Shown here piece by piece: positions 9,341 through 18,474 of a stretch of 64,000 bases of DNA. Position numbers and translations under genes: made by a program. The notes below the pieces were generated by a model, which saw nothing but the letters and a program-made list of their open reading frames with translations, did no database searches and was not told the origin of the DNA. The number at the start of each line of letters is the position of its first letter. Position 1 is the first letter of the stretch. The DNA comes from Pelagibacterales bacterium SAG-MED46. GTDB lineage: Bacteria > Pseudomonadota > Alphaproteobacteria > Pelagibacterales > Pelagibacteraceae. The DNA is taken from the NCBI GenBank assembly GCA_014653455.1, contig JACWEN010000001.1:12945-76944 (forward strand), read 5' to 3'.

Positions 9341-10699
9341 TTAGCCTTTTACAACTTCTCTTGTGTTTGCGTTGAATGACTCCTTGAATGGAATATCCAC
9401 TACTACTGCATCAACAGGTGTTCCTGGTGTATCAGAGTATTTTTCTGGTAAATGAACTTTAAATTTAGTTCCAATTTTACCCTTTGGAAATCCGTTAGCA
9501 TTTAAAGTTCCGTCAAACGGCACATATCCCATCGCAATGTTTTGTTTTTTTTCAGGATGATACCAAGGAGAAGTGATAAATCCCACTGGATCTCCACCGC
9601 TCTCAGGTGATACTAACCAAAAATCAGGAGCATATTCTTCTATAGGTTTTCCACCCAATTCAAGTCCAACTAATTGAAGCTTGTAAGGTTTTTTGCCTTC
9701 TTTAAGTTCTGCGCCCATTTTTTCTAATGCTGCTTTACCAACATAATCAGCTTTTTTATTCCATTCACCTTTTCCAGATAAAGAAACCTGATAACCAAGG
9801 TTACATTGGAATGGATTATGCTGTTGATCCATATCTTGTCCCCAAGAAAGAATTCCAGCTTGAATTCTTCGATGGTGTGCAGGAGCAATAACCATTAAAT
9901 TATGTTTTTTTCCTTCTTCAAGAACTGCATTCCACATATCTTCAGCATATAAAGTGGAATCTCTTAAATAAATTTCATACCCAGCCTCACCAGAGAAACC
10001 AGATTGTGAAATAACACAACTTCTTCCACCTACTTTAACTTCTGCTAAACCATAGAAGGGCATATTGTCAAAATCTACTTGATCTCCACATAAATCTTTC
10101 ATTAATGCCTTTGATTTTGGTCCTTGTATTTGAACTGGACTGACATCAATTTCTTCAATAGTACAATCAAATCTGCCATCCGCATTTACTCCTTGAAGAT
10201 ACATTCCAATATCAGAGTCTGATAGTGAGAACCAAAATTCATCCTCAGAAATTCTTAGAAGAATTGGATCATTTAACACTCCACCATAAGCATTGCATAA
10301 AATTACATATCTTGCTCTCATAGGTGAAATTTTTGTAGCATCTCTTGTTATTACATAATCTGTAAATTTTTCTGCATCTGGACCCTTAACTCTTATTTGT
10401 CTTTCAACAGCCACGTTCCACATTGTAACGTGATTTACGATTGCATCGTACTCAACCATTGCTCCACCATCCTCTGGTTTCACATATCCTCTTGGGTGAT
10501 ATATACGATTGTAAACAGTTGCTCTCCAGCATCCTGCCTGCATTGATAAATGCCAATAAGGTGATTTTCTTACCCTTGTCGAGATAAGCATTTCAACTTT
10601 TGTTGGCCCACTTTGTCTTAAATTGTATGGTACTGCACGATCTGATTGATCAACTGTAGTAGCATGTTTTAACTTATTATAGTCAAACTCATTAGACAT
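9341..10699 (-). CDS. GcvT/DmdA/LigM-family THF-dependent aminomethyltransferase (demethylase), substrate unknown
   Basis: GPDA..F...V.TRD, GG.LNDP.LLR, QIQGPKS, SGFSGEAGYEIY, RRIQAGILSWGQD; coupled to metF. Confidence 0.88.
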   Translation of the reverse strand: MSNEFDYNKLKHATTVDQSDRAVPYNLRQSGPTKVEMLISTRVRKSPYWHLSMQAGCWRATVYNRIYHPRGYVKPEDGGAMVEYDAIVNHVTMWNVAVERQIRVKGPDAEKFTDYVITRDATKISPMRARYVILCNAYGGVLNDPILLRISEDEFWFSLSDSDIGMYLQGVNADGRFDCTIEEIDVSPVQIQGPKSKALMKDLCGDQVDFDNMPFYGLAEVKVGGRSCVISQSGFSGEAGYEIYLRDSTLYAEDMWNAVLEEGKKHNLMVIAPAHHRRIQAGILSWGQDMDQQHNPFQCNLGYQVSLSGKGEWNKKADYVGKAALEKMGAELKEGKKPYKLQLVGLELGGKPIEEYAPDFWLVSPESGGDPVGFITSPWYHPEKKQNIAMGYVPFDGTLNANGFPKGKIGTKFKVHLPEKYSDTPGTPVDAVVVDIPFKESFNANTREVVKG

Positions 10700-11471
10700 A
10701 ACTATTCTCCTTCAACCACTTGTTTGTTTCCTTCAAGCCGCCGAATGTATAAATGTGGAAGTTATCAGTATGCGATTTAACTTTCCCAATTAAATCATTA
10801 GGGTCTCTAGGTTTCAATAAATCTAACGCCTTAGTAAAATTAGATTTAAGAAAGTTAATGGAATTTTTTGCCCCTACAATATTAGCAAATTTAATCAAGC
10901 TAGATATTTTCATCGGCCCAGTAATTCCAACATGTACTGGTACGCTTTGTTTAGAAATAAAATCAACAATAGGCTGACTATCTAATAACCACTGAGTTAC
11001 AATATAATCAGCATAAGGCTTTTTATCCATCATTGCTTTTTCTAAATTTTGTTCCGGTATATCAGGACTTCCCTCTGGGTGCCCAGCAATACCAATCCTA
11101 ATTCCCTCAAAAAGACCTGTTTCTAACATTTGATAAGAGCTATCAAACTTACCAATTGGATCTCTACTTCCACCAATTACTAAAGCTTGTTTAACACCTT
11201 GATCTTTACACCTTGAAACATATTCTTTTAATTCTTCTTCATTGTTAATTGATCTAGCTGGAAAGTGTGGGACAGGATTAAATCCTTTTTTTACAAGATT
11301 TCCTGACTTATCAGCAGTCTCTTTATAATCGCCACCAGGTAACATTGTAACGTAGACATCCTTTACAGGAGGTAAAGTTTCAAGGTCAGTGAGAGGACCA
11401 ATTTCTAATGAAAAATTCATTTTTTCCAGATCATTATCCTTTTTAAAAAAGCTGTCAAAGAAATTCAACAT
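10692..11471 (-). CDS. metF: Methylenetetrahydrofolate reductase-like protein
   Basis: FSLEI, PVPHFPAR, ALVIGG, IAGHPEG.P, IVTQW, FHIYTFGG. Confidence 0.85.
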   Translation of the reverse strand: MLNFFDSFFKKDNDLEKMNFSLEIGPLTDLETLPPVKDVYVTMLPGGDYKETADKSGNLVKKGFNPVPHFPARSINNEEELKEYVSRCKDQGVKQALVIGGSRDPIGKFDSSYQMLETGLFEGIRIGIAGHPEGSPDIPEQNLEKAMMDKKPYADYIVTQWLLDSQPIVDFISKQSVPVHVGITGPMKISSLIKFANIVGAKNSINFLKSNFTKALDLLKPRDPNDLIGKVKSHTDNFHIYTFGGLKETNKWLKENSYV

Positions 11472-11523
11472 AACTCAAAATTGAAATTTGTTGCCAAATA
11501 TTATGTCCATGGTAATTTTTTTT

Positions 11524-12717
11524 GTGGATCAAAATAAGAAAAACAAATCTCTCTCAGAGATCCTAGATATTAAGAAATTGAGGAATGTAGATAGACCCAT
11601 CGAAAGTGCAAATGGACTACCAAACGAGTGTTACACAAGCGAAAAATATTTAGAATATGAAAGAAATAAGATTTTTTGTGATAAATGGACGGTTATTGGG
11701 GTAGGAAGTTCCGTACCTAATGTGGGAGATGCCAAACCATACAATCTGCTCGGGATTCCTTTAATAATTATAAGAGACAAAGATCTTAAAATTAGAGTAT
11801 TTCACAATGTTTGTAGTCATAGAGGTTTTAAGCTTTTGGACAATCCCTGTACTTTAAAGAATGTAATTAGATGTCCTTATCACTCATGGTCGTATGATTT
11901 TAAAGGAAATTTAGTAGCCACACCTCACATTGGGGGTCACAATATTCATAGCTCTGACAAATTTGATAAGCATGGAAGTAACCTTAAAGAAGTTAAATCT
12001 AAAGTATGGATGGATATAATTTTTGTAAATATAAACTCAAACGAAATTGATTTTGAGGAATATATCGAACCATTAGAACATAGATGGTCTAATTTTATTA
12101 ATAAAGATGATCAAAAACTATTAGTTCATTCTAATGACTATGGTAATTTTACATTAGAAGTTAAATCTAATTGGAAATTTGCTATAGAGAATTATTGCGA
12201 AAGCTATCATTTACCAACGATTCACCCTGAATTAAATAAAGTTTCAAATATCAATGATCATTATCATATTGAAGGACTACCCAATCGATTTGCAGGGCAA
12301 GGTAGTAAAAAATATGAACAACCAGTAAATGGAAATAAAAAATTTAATACATTTAAGAATTGGGAAAAAAACTCACTTAAATGTTCTGAGTATGTAGCGT
12401 TATTTCCAAATGTAATGCTTGGTTTGCATTTAGATCATTTTTATGTATTTTGGTTAGAGCCACTTGCAACAAATAAAACTAAAGAACATATGCAGATGTA
12501 TTATGTTGGAGAAGAAAGTGCAAATGGTAAAGAGCTTAAAGATTTAAGAAAAGATAACGCAAGGTTTTGGAAAGATGTTATGTTAGAAGATATAAGTGCA
12601 ATTGAAGGAATGCAGGAAGGAAGAAACTCTCCAGTATATAATGGAGGAAACTTTTCACCATTTATGGACAATCCAACACATCAATTTCATAAATGGATTG
12701 CTAATAATTTAATTTAA
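11524..12717 (+). CDS. Rieske non-heme iron oxygenase alpha subunit (choline/betaine/carnitine monooxygenase-like)
   Basis: Rieske CSH...CPYHSW; mononuclear Fe motif NWK..ENYCESYH...HP and C-terminal ED. Start uncertain (11488, 11503 or 11524). Confidence 0.9.
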   Translation: MDQNKKNKSLSEILDIKKLRNVDRPIESANGLPNECYTSEKYLEYERNKIFCDKWTVIGVGSSVPNVGDAKPYNLLGIPLIIIRDKDLKIRVFHNVCSHRGFKLLDNPCTLKNVIRCPYHSWSYDFKGNLVATPHIGGHNIHSSDKFDKHGSNLKEVKSKVWMDIIFVNINSNEIDFEEYIEPLEHRWSNFINKDDQKLLVHSNDYGNFTLEVKSNWKFAIENYCESYHLPTIHPELNKVSNINDHYHIEGLPNRFAGQGSKKYEQPVNGNKKFNTFKNWEKNSLKCSEYVALFPNVMLGLHLDHFYVFWLEPLATNKTKEHMQMYYVGEESANGKELKDLRKDNARFWKDVMLEDISAIEGMQEGRNSPVYNGGNFSPFMDNPTHQFHKWIANNLI

Positions 12718-13125
12718 ATGAAAATAATTTTAATAATGGGTTTGCCAGGTTCAGGAAAAACAACTTTAGCAAATGAACTTGCCCCAAAGTTAAATGCAAA
12801 AAGGTTAAATGCAGATGAGGTAAGAAAAGAAGCTAATGATTGGGATTTCTCTGAAGAAGGGAGAAAGCGACAAGCAAAAAGAATGGCGGATTTTGCTTTA
12901 AAATTAAAAGAAGAAGGAAATTTTGTTGTAGCAGATTTTATTTGCCCCACTCCAGAAGCAAGAGCTTTATTTCCAGCAGATTTTATTATCTGGGTTGATA
13001 CAATTAAAGAAGGAAGGTTTGATGATACTAATAAAATGTTTGTTAAGCCTGATAAGTTTGACTTTCATGTGACCACACAAGATGCTAAAAATTGGGCACC
13101 AAAAATAATAAAGGAGATAAAATAA
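12718..13125 (+). CDS. Short adenylyl-sulfate kinase-like P-loop kinase
   Basis: MGLPGSGKTT, LNADEVR, DFSEEGR.RQ, DFICP resemble CysC, but the protein is only 135 aa. Confidence 0.75.
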   Translation: MKIILIMGLPGSGKTTLANELAPKLNAKRLNADEVRKEANDWDFSEEGRKRQAKRMADFALKLKEEGNFVVADFICPTPEARALFPADFIIWVDTIKEGRFDDTNKMFVKPDKFDFHVTTQDAKNWAPKIIKEIK

Positions 13126-13499
13126 TGGCTTACGAATGGGATAATAAAAAACCAACTGCACAAATGTTAGGAAGATGGCAACCATTTCATGATGGTCATT
13201 ACACATTATTTAAGGAGATAATAAAAAAAACAGGTCAAGTTTGTATTCAAATTAGAGATGTCCAAGGAGTGGATGATAATCCATTTGATTTTGACACAGT
13301 TAAGAAAAATATTGAAGATAGATTAAGTCCAGAGTTTGAAGGTCAATTTAAAGTGATGCTAGTACCAAATATTACAAACATATGTTATGGACGTGGCGTT
13401 GGATACAAAATTGAAGAAATTGAACTTTCAAAAGAAATTCAAGAAATTTCTGCTACTAAAATTAGAGCTAAGATGAGAGAAGAAGGAAAATTAAAATAA
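13125..13499 (+). CDS. Small HxGH nucleotidyltransferase (cytidylyltransferase-like superfamily)
   Basis: GRWQPFHDGH and ISATKIR motifs; ATG 13125 overlaps the kinase TAA and has AAGGAG upstream. Confidence 0.8.
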   Translation: MAYEWDNKKPTAQMLGRWQPFHDGHYTLFKEIIKKTGQVCIQIRDVQGVDDNPFDFDTVKKNIEDRLSPEFEGQFKVMLVPNITNICYGRGVGYKIEEIELSKEIQEISATKIRAKMREEGKLK

Positions 13500-13505
13500 A
13501 TTTTA

Positions 13506-14390
13506 ATGAATTCAGATTTAAATTTTTTTAAAAAAAACGGATATCTAATAAAAAAAAATCTAATTACTCAAAAAAAAATTAATAAGTTAAATAAAATTAT
13601 TAATGAAGTTTTATCAAAAGAAAATCAAAAAAAACGAAAAAATAGCATAAATGGAACTCAATCCTATGACAATTATCACTTTGTTTACAACTCAAGCACT
13701 TTAAAAAATAAAGACATTTTAAGGTTAAACAATCCTCAAAATAGACATAAAATTTTTTATGATTTATCTAGAGATAAAAAAATAATATCTATAGTTAAAC
13801 AGTTGATAGGAGGATCTGTAAGATTTCATTTAGGTAAATTAAACTTTAAACTTCCTAATAAAAAAAAAGGAAGCGAAATTGGATGGCATCAAGACTGGGC
13901 ATTTTATCCTCATACAAACGACGACTTAGTTACTGTCGGCATATATTTAGATGATTGCTTTGAAAAAAATGGACCTCTTAAGATAATAAAAAGTTCACAT
14001 AAAGAAAAATTATATAGTCATCATAATAATGAAAATTTTTTTGTTGGAAAGATAGATACAAAAAAAAATAAAATTGGAATAAAAAATAGTGTTTCTATAA
14101 CTGGTACCGCAGGAACCGTAGTTTTTTTTCATTGTAGATCTATACATGGATCTGGTCACAATCAAATGAATAATTCGAGGCCTTTAATTTTATTTGGATA
14201 TAGAGCTTCTGATGCATGGCCATTAATTAATGATGGCAATCCTCATCCAGAGGTAGATTTAGATAATTACAATAAGAACATTATAATTGGAAAGAACTCT
14301 ATTAAACCAAGGCTAACAAAAGTCCCTACAATCATACCATTGCCAAAAAAAAAACATTATGTGTCTATTTACGAACTTCAAAAAAATTAA
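13506..14390 (+). CDS. Phytanoyl-CoA dioxygenase (PhyH) family Fe(II)/2OG oxygenase
   Basis: F..NGY, WHQD, LDD...NGPL....SH, G.VVFFH...HGS..N....R. Confidence 0.9.
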   Translation: MNSDLNFFKKNGYLIKKNLITQKKINKLNKIINEVLSKENQKKRKNSINGTQSYDNYHFVYNSSTLKNKDILRLNNPQNRHKIFYDLSRDKKIISIVKQLIGGSVRFHLGKLNFKLPNKKKGSEIGWHQDWAFYPHTNDDLVTVGIYLDDCFEKNGPLKIIKSSHKEKLYSHHNNENFFVGKIDTKKNKIGIKNSVSITGTAGTVVFFHCRSIHGSGHNQMNNSRPLILFGYRASDAWPLINDGNPHPEVDLDNYNKNIIIGKNSIKPRLTKVPTIIPLPKKKHYVSIYELQKN

Positions 14391-14425
14391 GATTGAGTAA
14401 ACAACAAGATAAATAATAAATTTAA

Positions 14426-15277
14426 ATGAATGAGAGATTACAAACTATTGTAGATTTAGAAAATTACCCAATTCATGATTTATCTTCAGTAAAAATTCTA
14501 AAATTAATTAAAAAATGTAAGGATGATTTAGATCTGTTTAGTTGCTCTACTATCCCAAATTTTATTTTACCTCAATCGATTAAATCAATGAATTTCGAAT
14601 TAGAAAAAAAAATTGACAAAGTTTTTATGTCAAAAAAAAGTATTAATCCTTATCTTAACTCTAAGGATGATTTATCTTTACCTCTAAGCCATCCTAAAAG
14701 AACTTTTTTAGAGAGAGATAATGGATATTTAAATTCAGATCTTTTTAATAAAGACTCTGAAATGAAATTTTTATACGAGCAGGAAGAGCTTTTAAAATTT
14801 GTGTCCGCTTGCCTAGGTATTTCACCAATATATAGATGGGCGGATCCTTTAGCTTGTCATGCATATAATGTAATGAAACCAGAAGGTATTTTACCTTGGC
14901 ATTTTGATAGTTGTGAATTTACACTTAGTATAATGATACAAAAACCGGATGAAGGAGGAATTTTTGAATATTGTCCATTTATTAGAGAGCCAGGAAATGA
15001 AAATTTTAATGAAGTTAAGAAAGTATTAGAAGGTGATAGGTCAAAAGTTAGACAATTAAAGTTAGAACCTGGAGATCTACAAATATTTAAAGGTAGATTT
15101 ACAATGCATAGAGTAACAAAGGTAATAGGAAATAAACCAAGATATCTTTGTATTCCAGCTTATGTTTTAGATCCTTGGAGAGTTAATACGCCAGAACATT
15201 CAGAAGCTATTTATGGAAAAATATTACCAATTCATATAGAAAGGAATCGAACAAGATCAGATGGTTTAGCAGATTAA
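14426..15277 (+). CDS. Fe(II)/2OG oxygenase, HalD/BesD-like fold with an HxD triad (probably a hydroxylase)
   Basis: PWHFD, GG.FEY.P.IR, L.PGDLQIF.GR...HRVT.V.G...R. Confidence 0.75.
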   Translation: MNERLQTIVDLENYPIHDLSSVKILKLIKKCKDDLDLFSCSTIPNFILPQSIKSMNFELEKKIDKVFMSKKSINPYLNSKDDLSLPLSHPKRTFLERDNGYLNSDLFNKDSEMKFLYEQEELLKFVSACLGISPIYRWADPLACHAYNVMKPEGILPWHFDSCEFTLSIMIQKPDEGGIFEYCPFIREPGNENFNEVKKVLEGDRSKVRQLKLEPGDLQIFKGRFTMHRVTKVIGNKPRYLCIPAYVLDPWRVNTPEHSEAIYGKILPIHIERNRTRSDGLAD

Positions 15278-15278
15278 T

Positions 15279-16058
15279 ATGATAAGCAATATTAAAATAA
15301 AAAAAATAACCAATGGAATCGCATCAATTATTATTGATGAACAAAAAACATATAATTCATTATCATTTAAAAATTTAACAGATTTACTTAATACTTTAAA
15401 AAAACTTGATTCAGATAAGAAAATAAAAGTAATTATTTTAGAGGGTGCTGGCAAAGGATTTAGTGCAGGTCATAATTTAAAAGAAGTAAGAGGATTAAAA
15501 AAAAGAGAAAAATACTTAAAGTTATTTAATCTTTGTTCAAAGGTAATGCTTCAAATTGTTGAAGGAAAAAAACCAGTAATTGCAAAAGTCCACGGAGCTG
15601 CGTTTGCAGCTGGTTGTCAATTAGTTGCAAGTTGTGACTTAGCTTACAGTACTAATGAAGCACTATTTGCAACGCCAGGCGTTAATATAGGCTTATTTTG
15701 CAGTACACCAATGGTAGCTGTAAGTAGAAAGATTAATAGAAAACCAATGATGAAAATGTTGTTAACTGGAGAACCAATCAAAGCAAAATACGCAAAAGAA
15801 ATTGGATTAATTAATGACTGTTATTCAAAATCAAAACTTAATAGTGAAGTTTTAAGAGTTGCTAAAACTATTGCATCCAAATCAAACTTAACAATTAAAA
15901 TAGGTAAACAAGCATTTTACAAACAGTTAGAGTTACCATTAAGAAAAGCATACGCTTATACAAGTAAAATGATGACAATTAATATGATGGCAATGGATGC
16001 TAAAGAGGGAATCTCAGCCTTTTTAGAAAAACGAAAGCCAAAATGGAAAAATAAATAG
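15279..16058 (+). CDS. Enoyl-CoA hydratase/isomerase (crotonase, ECHDC3-like)
   Basis: FSAGHNLKE, PVIAKVHG.A.AAGCQLVASCD, FATPGVNIGLFCSTP, EGISAFLEKR.P.W. Confidence 0.92.
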   Translation: MISNIKIKKITNGIASIIIDEQKTYNSLSFKNLTDLLNTLKKLDSDKKIKVIILEGAGKGFSAGHNLKEVRGLKKREKYLKLFNLCSKVMLQIVEGKKPVIAKVHGAAFAAGCQLVASCDLAYSTNEALFATPGVNIGLFCSTPMVAVSRKINRKPMMKMLLTGEPIKAKYAKEIGLINDCYSKSKLNSEVLRVAKTIASKSNLTIKIGKQAFYKQLELPLRKAYAYTSKMMTINMMAMDAKEGISAFLEKRKPKWKNK

Positions 16059-16255
16059 TGTTAAATAAAAAGAATATTTTAATTATTATATTTATTATTT
16101 TAGGAATGTATTTTATCATGAGTTTTAATGATCATAATTTTAAAAGAGCTGTTGATGCATGTCTTGCAGGTAGTCAAAAACTATCTGAGTCTAAAATAAC
16201 AGATTTAGACAAAGCAAAAAAATTTTGTGAAAATCAGATTAAAAAGGGTAATTAA
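16058..16255 (+). CDS. Small membrane-anchored protein with two Cys
   Basis: 65 aa; N-terminal hydrophobic helix; start and stop overlap both neighbours. Confidence 0.6.
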   Translation: MLNKKNILIIIFIILGMYFIMSFNDHNFKRAVDACLAGSQKLSESKITDLDKAKKFCENQIKKGN

Positions 16256-17628
16256 TGAGTGATATCAAAAATATGGATAAATCATGTTGTGGTCCTGGTT
16301 ACGCCAGTCCATCTGACGCAATTAAAGCACCGAGTGAAAAACTTTTATACACTATAGCTATTTATACTGGCACAGGAATTCAAAAACCTGATTATCTAGC
16401 TACTATTGATGTTGATCCAGATAGCTCTACCTACTCTCAGGTTATTCACCGTCTTGAAATGCCTGGAATAGGGGACGAGCTTCATCACATGGGTTGGAAT
16501 GCTTGTTCTTCGTGCCACGGAGATGAGGGAATGAGTAGAAAATATCTTTTAGTTCCAGGTGTTAGATCTAACAATATTCATGTAATTGATACAGCAACAG
16601 ACCCTTTTGCACCAAGAATTCACAAAATTATTGATGGCTCTGAAATAAAATCAAAAACAAATTTGTCAGGGCCTCATACAGTTCATTGTCTAGGGTCAGA
16701 AATTATTATTTCTTTTTTAGGCAATGCAAGAGGAGAAGCTCCAGGGGGATATTTGCATTTAAATAAAGACTTTGAAATTGTTGGCAGATGGGAAAATTCT
16801 ATGGGTGATATTCCATTTAGTTACGATTTTTGGTATCAGCCAAGACATAATGTAATGGTTAGTTCCGAATGGGCTGCTCCAAATACTTTTATGCCTGGTT
16901 TTGATCTTGAAGAAGTAGGTCACTTAAAATATGGACGTAGATTACACATTTGGGATTTTAAAAAGAAAGAACCAGTTGAGACAATATACTTAGGTGAAGA
17001 TGGTTTAATACCGCTAGAGGTAAAATTTATGCATAATCCTGATAGCAGTCATGGATTTTGTGGAGCAGCCTTAAGTGCAAATGTAATTCATTTTTGGAAA
17101 TCTAAAGAAGGAAAATGGGAGTGGGAAAAAATAATTGATGTTGAAAATGAACCACATCAAGAATGGCCTATCCCAATACCAGGAGTAATGTCTGCAATAC
17201 TTGTATCAATGGATGATAAGTATCTTTATTTAAACAATTGGCTTCATGGAGATATGAGGCAATACGACATTTCTGACCCTCATAATCCAAAACTTACAGG
17301 GCAAGTATGGATGGGAGGTCTTTTAGGTAAAGCACCAATTGTAAATGGAGTAAAAGTTGCCGGTGGTCCACAAATGTATCAGTTATCTTTGGATGGAAAA
17401 CGTATGTATGTTACAACTTCATTGTTTTCAACTTGGGATAATCAATTCTACCCAGAAATTCGAACTCAAGGAGGAGTTATGATAATGATCGATTGTGATG
17501 TCAAAAATGGTGGTATGAAAATCAATAAGGATTTTATTGTTGATTTTGGTAAAGAACCTAATGGTCCTAGTAGATGTCATGAAAGTAGATATCCAGGCGG
17601 AGATTGCACAAGTGATATCTGGCTATAA
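16255..17628 (+). CDS. Selenium-binding protein SBP56 family (SELENBP1/methanethiol oxidase-like)
   Basis: CGPGY.SP, PDYLAT.DVDP.S..Y.QVIHRL.MP, DELHH.GWN.CSSC, PHT.HCL, YDFWYQPRHNVM.S.EW, GGPQM.QLSLDGKR, C-terminal GGDCTSDIW. Confidence 0.95.
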   Translation: MSDIKNMDKSCCGPGYASPSDAIKAPSEKLLYTIAIYTGTGIQKPDYLATIDVDPDSSTYSQVIHRLEMPGIGDELHHMGWNACSSCHGDEGMSRKYLLVPGVRSNNIHVIDTATDPFAPRIHKIIDGSEIKSKTNLSGPHTVHCLGSEIIISFLGNARGEAPGGYLHLNKDFEIVGRWENSMGDIPFSYDFWYQPRHNVMVSSEWAAPNTFMPGFDLEEVGHLKYGRRLHIWDFKKKEPVETIYLGEDGLIPLEVKFMHNPDSSHGFCGAALSANVIHFWKSKEGKWEWEKIIDVENEPHQEWPIPIPGVMSAILVSMDDKYLYLNNWLHGDMRQYDISDPHNPKLTGQVWMGGLLGKAPIVNGVKVAGGPQMYQLSLDGKRMYVTTSLFSTWDNQFYPEIRTQGGVMIMIDCDVKNGGMKINKDFIVDFGKEPNGPSRCHESRYPGGDCTSDIWL

Positions 17629-17990
17629 TGCTAATTACAATTTCTAATCGCAATAATAAAGTTTACGAGGTTTCAGGGAAAATGTCTTTACTTCAAGAAT
17701 TGAGAGATCAAGGTGTAGATTTACCTTATGGCTGTCAGTATGGAGGATGTATTACTTGTGCGGCAAAATTGATTGAAGGTGAAGTAGATCAACGTTCACA
17801 AGTTGCACTTAATAATCGACAGATCAATAATGGTTATATAATTTTATGTGTAGCAAGACCAAAAACTGATTGCATAATTGAAATTGGGGTTGAAAGCCAT
17901 GATAAGTTATACCGCAATCCTTTTCTTGACCCTCTTGCACCACATGAGCTAAAAGCTGATATTGCTATTCAGAAAAACAAAAAAAAATAA
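17628..17990 (+). CDS. Plant-type [2Fe-2S] ferredoxin with a C-terminal extension
   Basis: LPYGCQYGGCITC...LCVARP (CX4CX2C...C); ATG overlaps the SBP56 stop. Confidence 0.9.
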   Translation: MLITISNRNNKVYEVSGKMSLLQELRDQGVDLPYGCQYGGCITCAAKLIEGEVDQRSQVALNNRQINNGYIILCVARPKTDCIIEIGVESHDKLYRNPFLDPLAPHELKADIAIQKNKKK

Positions 17991-17995
17991 TACTT

Positions 17996-18445
17996 ATGAA
18001 TCATAACGAACCTTATAGCGATGAATATTTAAGAGATATTCTTAGCTCTGTTAAGACAATAGCAATGGTTGGAGCAAGCCCCGATAAAACCAAGTTTAGT
18101 TATGGTGTTCTTAGAGTATTACATGAAACAGGCTATGATATGATTCCGGTAAATCCTCGTCCAGGCATAACAGAAATAAGAGGGTTGAAGGTTTATCCAA
18201 GTTTAAAAGAAATTGATAAACCAGTTGATATGGTAGAGGTTTTTAGAAAACCCGAAGATCTTTATGCTATTGCTGAAGAAGCAATTGCAATAAATGCAAA
18301 AGTTTTATGGGGACAAATTGGTGTTATTAATCATGATGCTGCAAAATTAGCTGAAGAAGCAGGACTTAAGGTGGTAATGAATAAATGCCCAAAAATTGAA
18401 TTATTTCGTCCGTTTTGGAAACCTCGTCTTGATCTTAAAATTTAA
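17996..18445 (+). CDS. CoA-binding protein (YccU-like)
   Basis: TIAMVGAS, PVNP, VDMVEVFR, VLW.Q.GV, VVMNKCPKIE. Confidence 0.9.
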   Translation: MNHNEPYSDEYLRDILSSVKTIAMVGASPDKTKFSYGVLRVLHETGYDMIPVNPRPGITEIRGLKVYPSLKEIDKPVDMVEVFRKPEDLYAIAEEAIAINAKVLWGQIGVINHDAAKLAEEAGLKVVMNKCPKIELFRPFWKPRLDLKI

Positions 18446-18474
18446 AACTCCTAAATTTAAAATTAAATTATTTA

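Noticed and set aside
9341..10699. Calling this gene dmdA or gcvT
   Set aside because: At 452 aa it is longer than typical DmdA/GcvT (roughly 360-370 aa), and no gcvH/gcvP is adjacent. Only the family is supportable.
12718..13125. Canonical cysC indicating assimilatory sulfate reduction
   Set aside because: The protein is much shorter than CysC and the window has no cysDN, cysH or cysIJ.
14426..15277. Radical halogenase / halometabolite biosynthetic cluster
   Set aside because: The iron motif is HxD, not HxG or HxA, so there is no open halide site. No biosynthetic scaffold genes are nearby.
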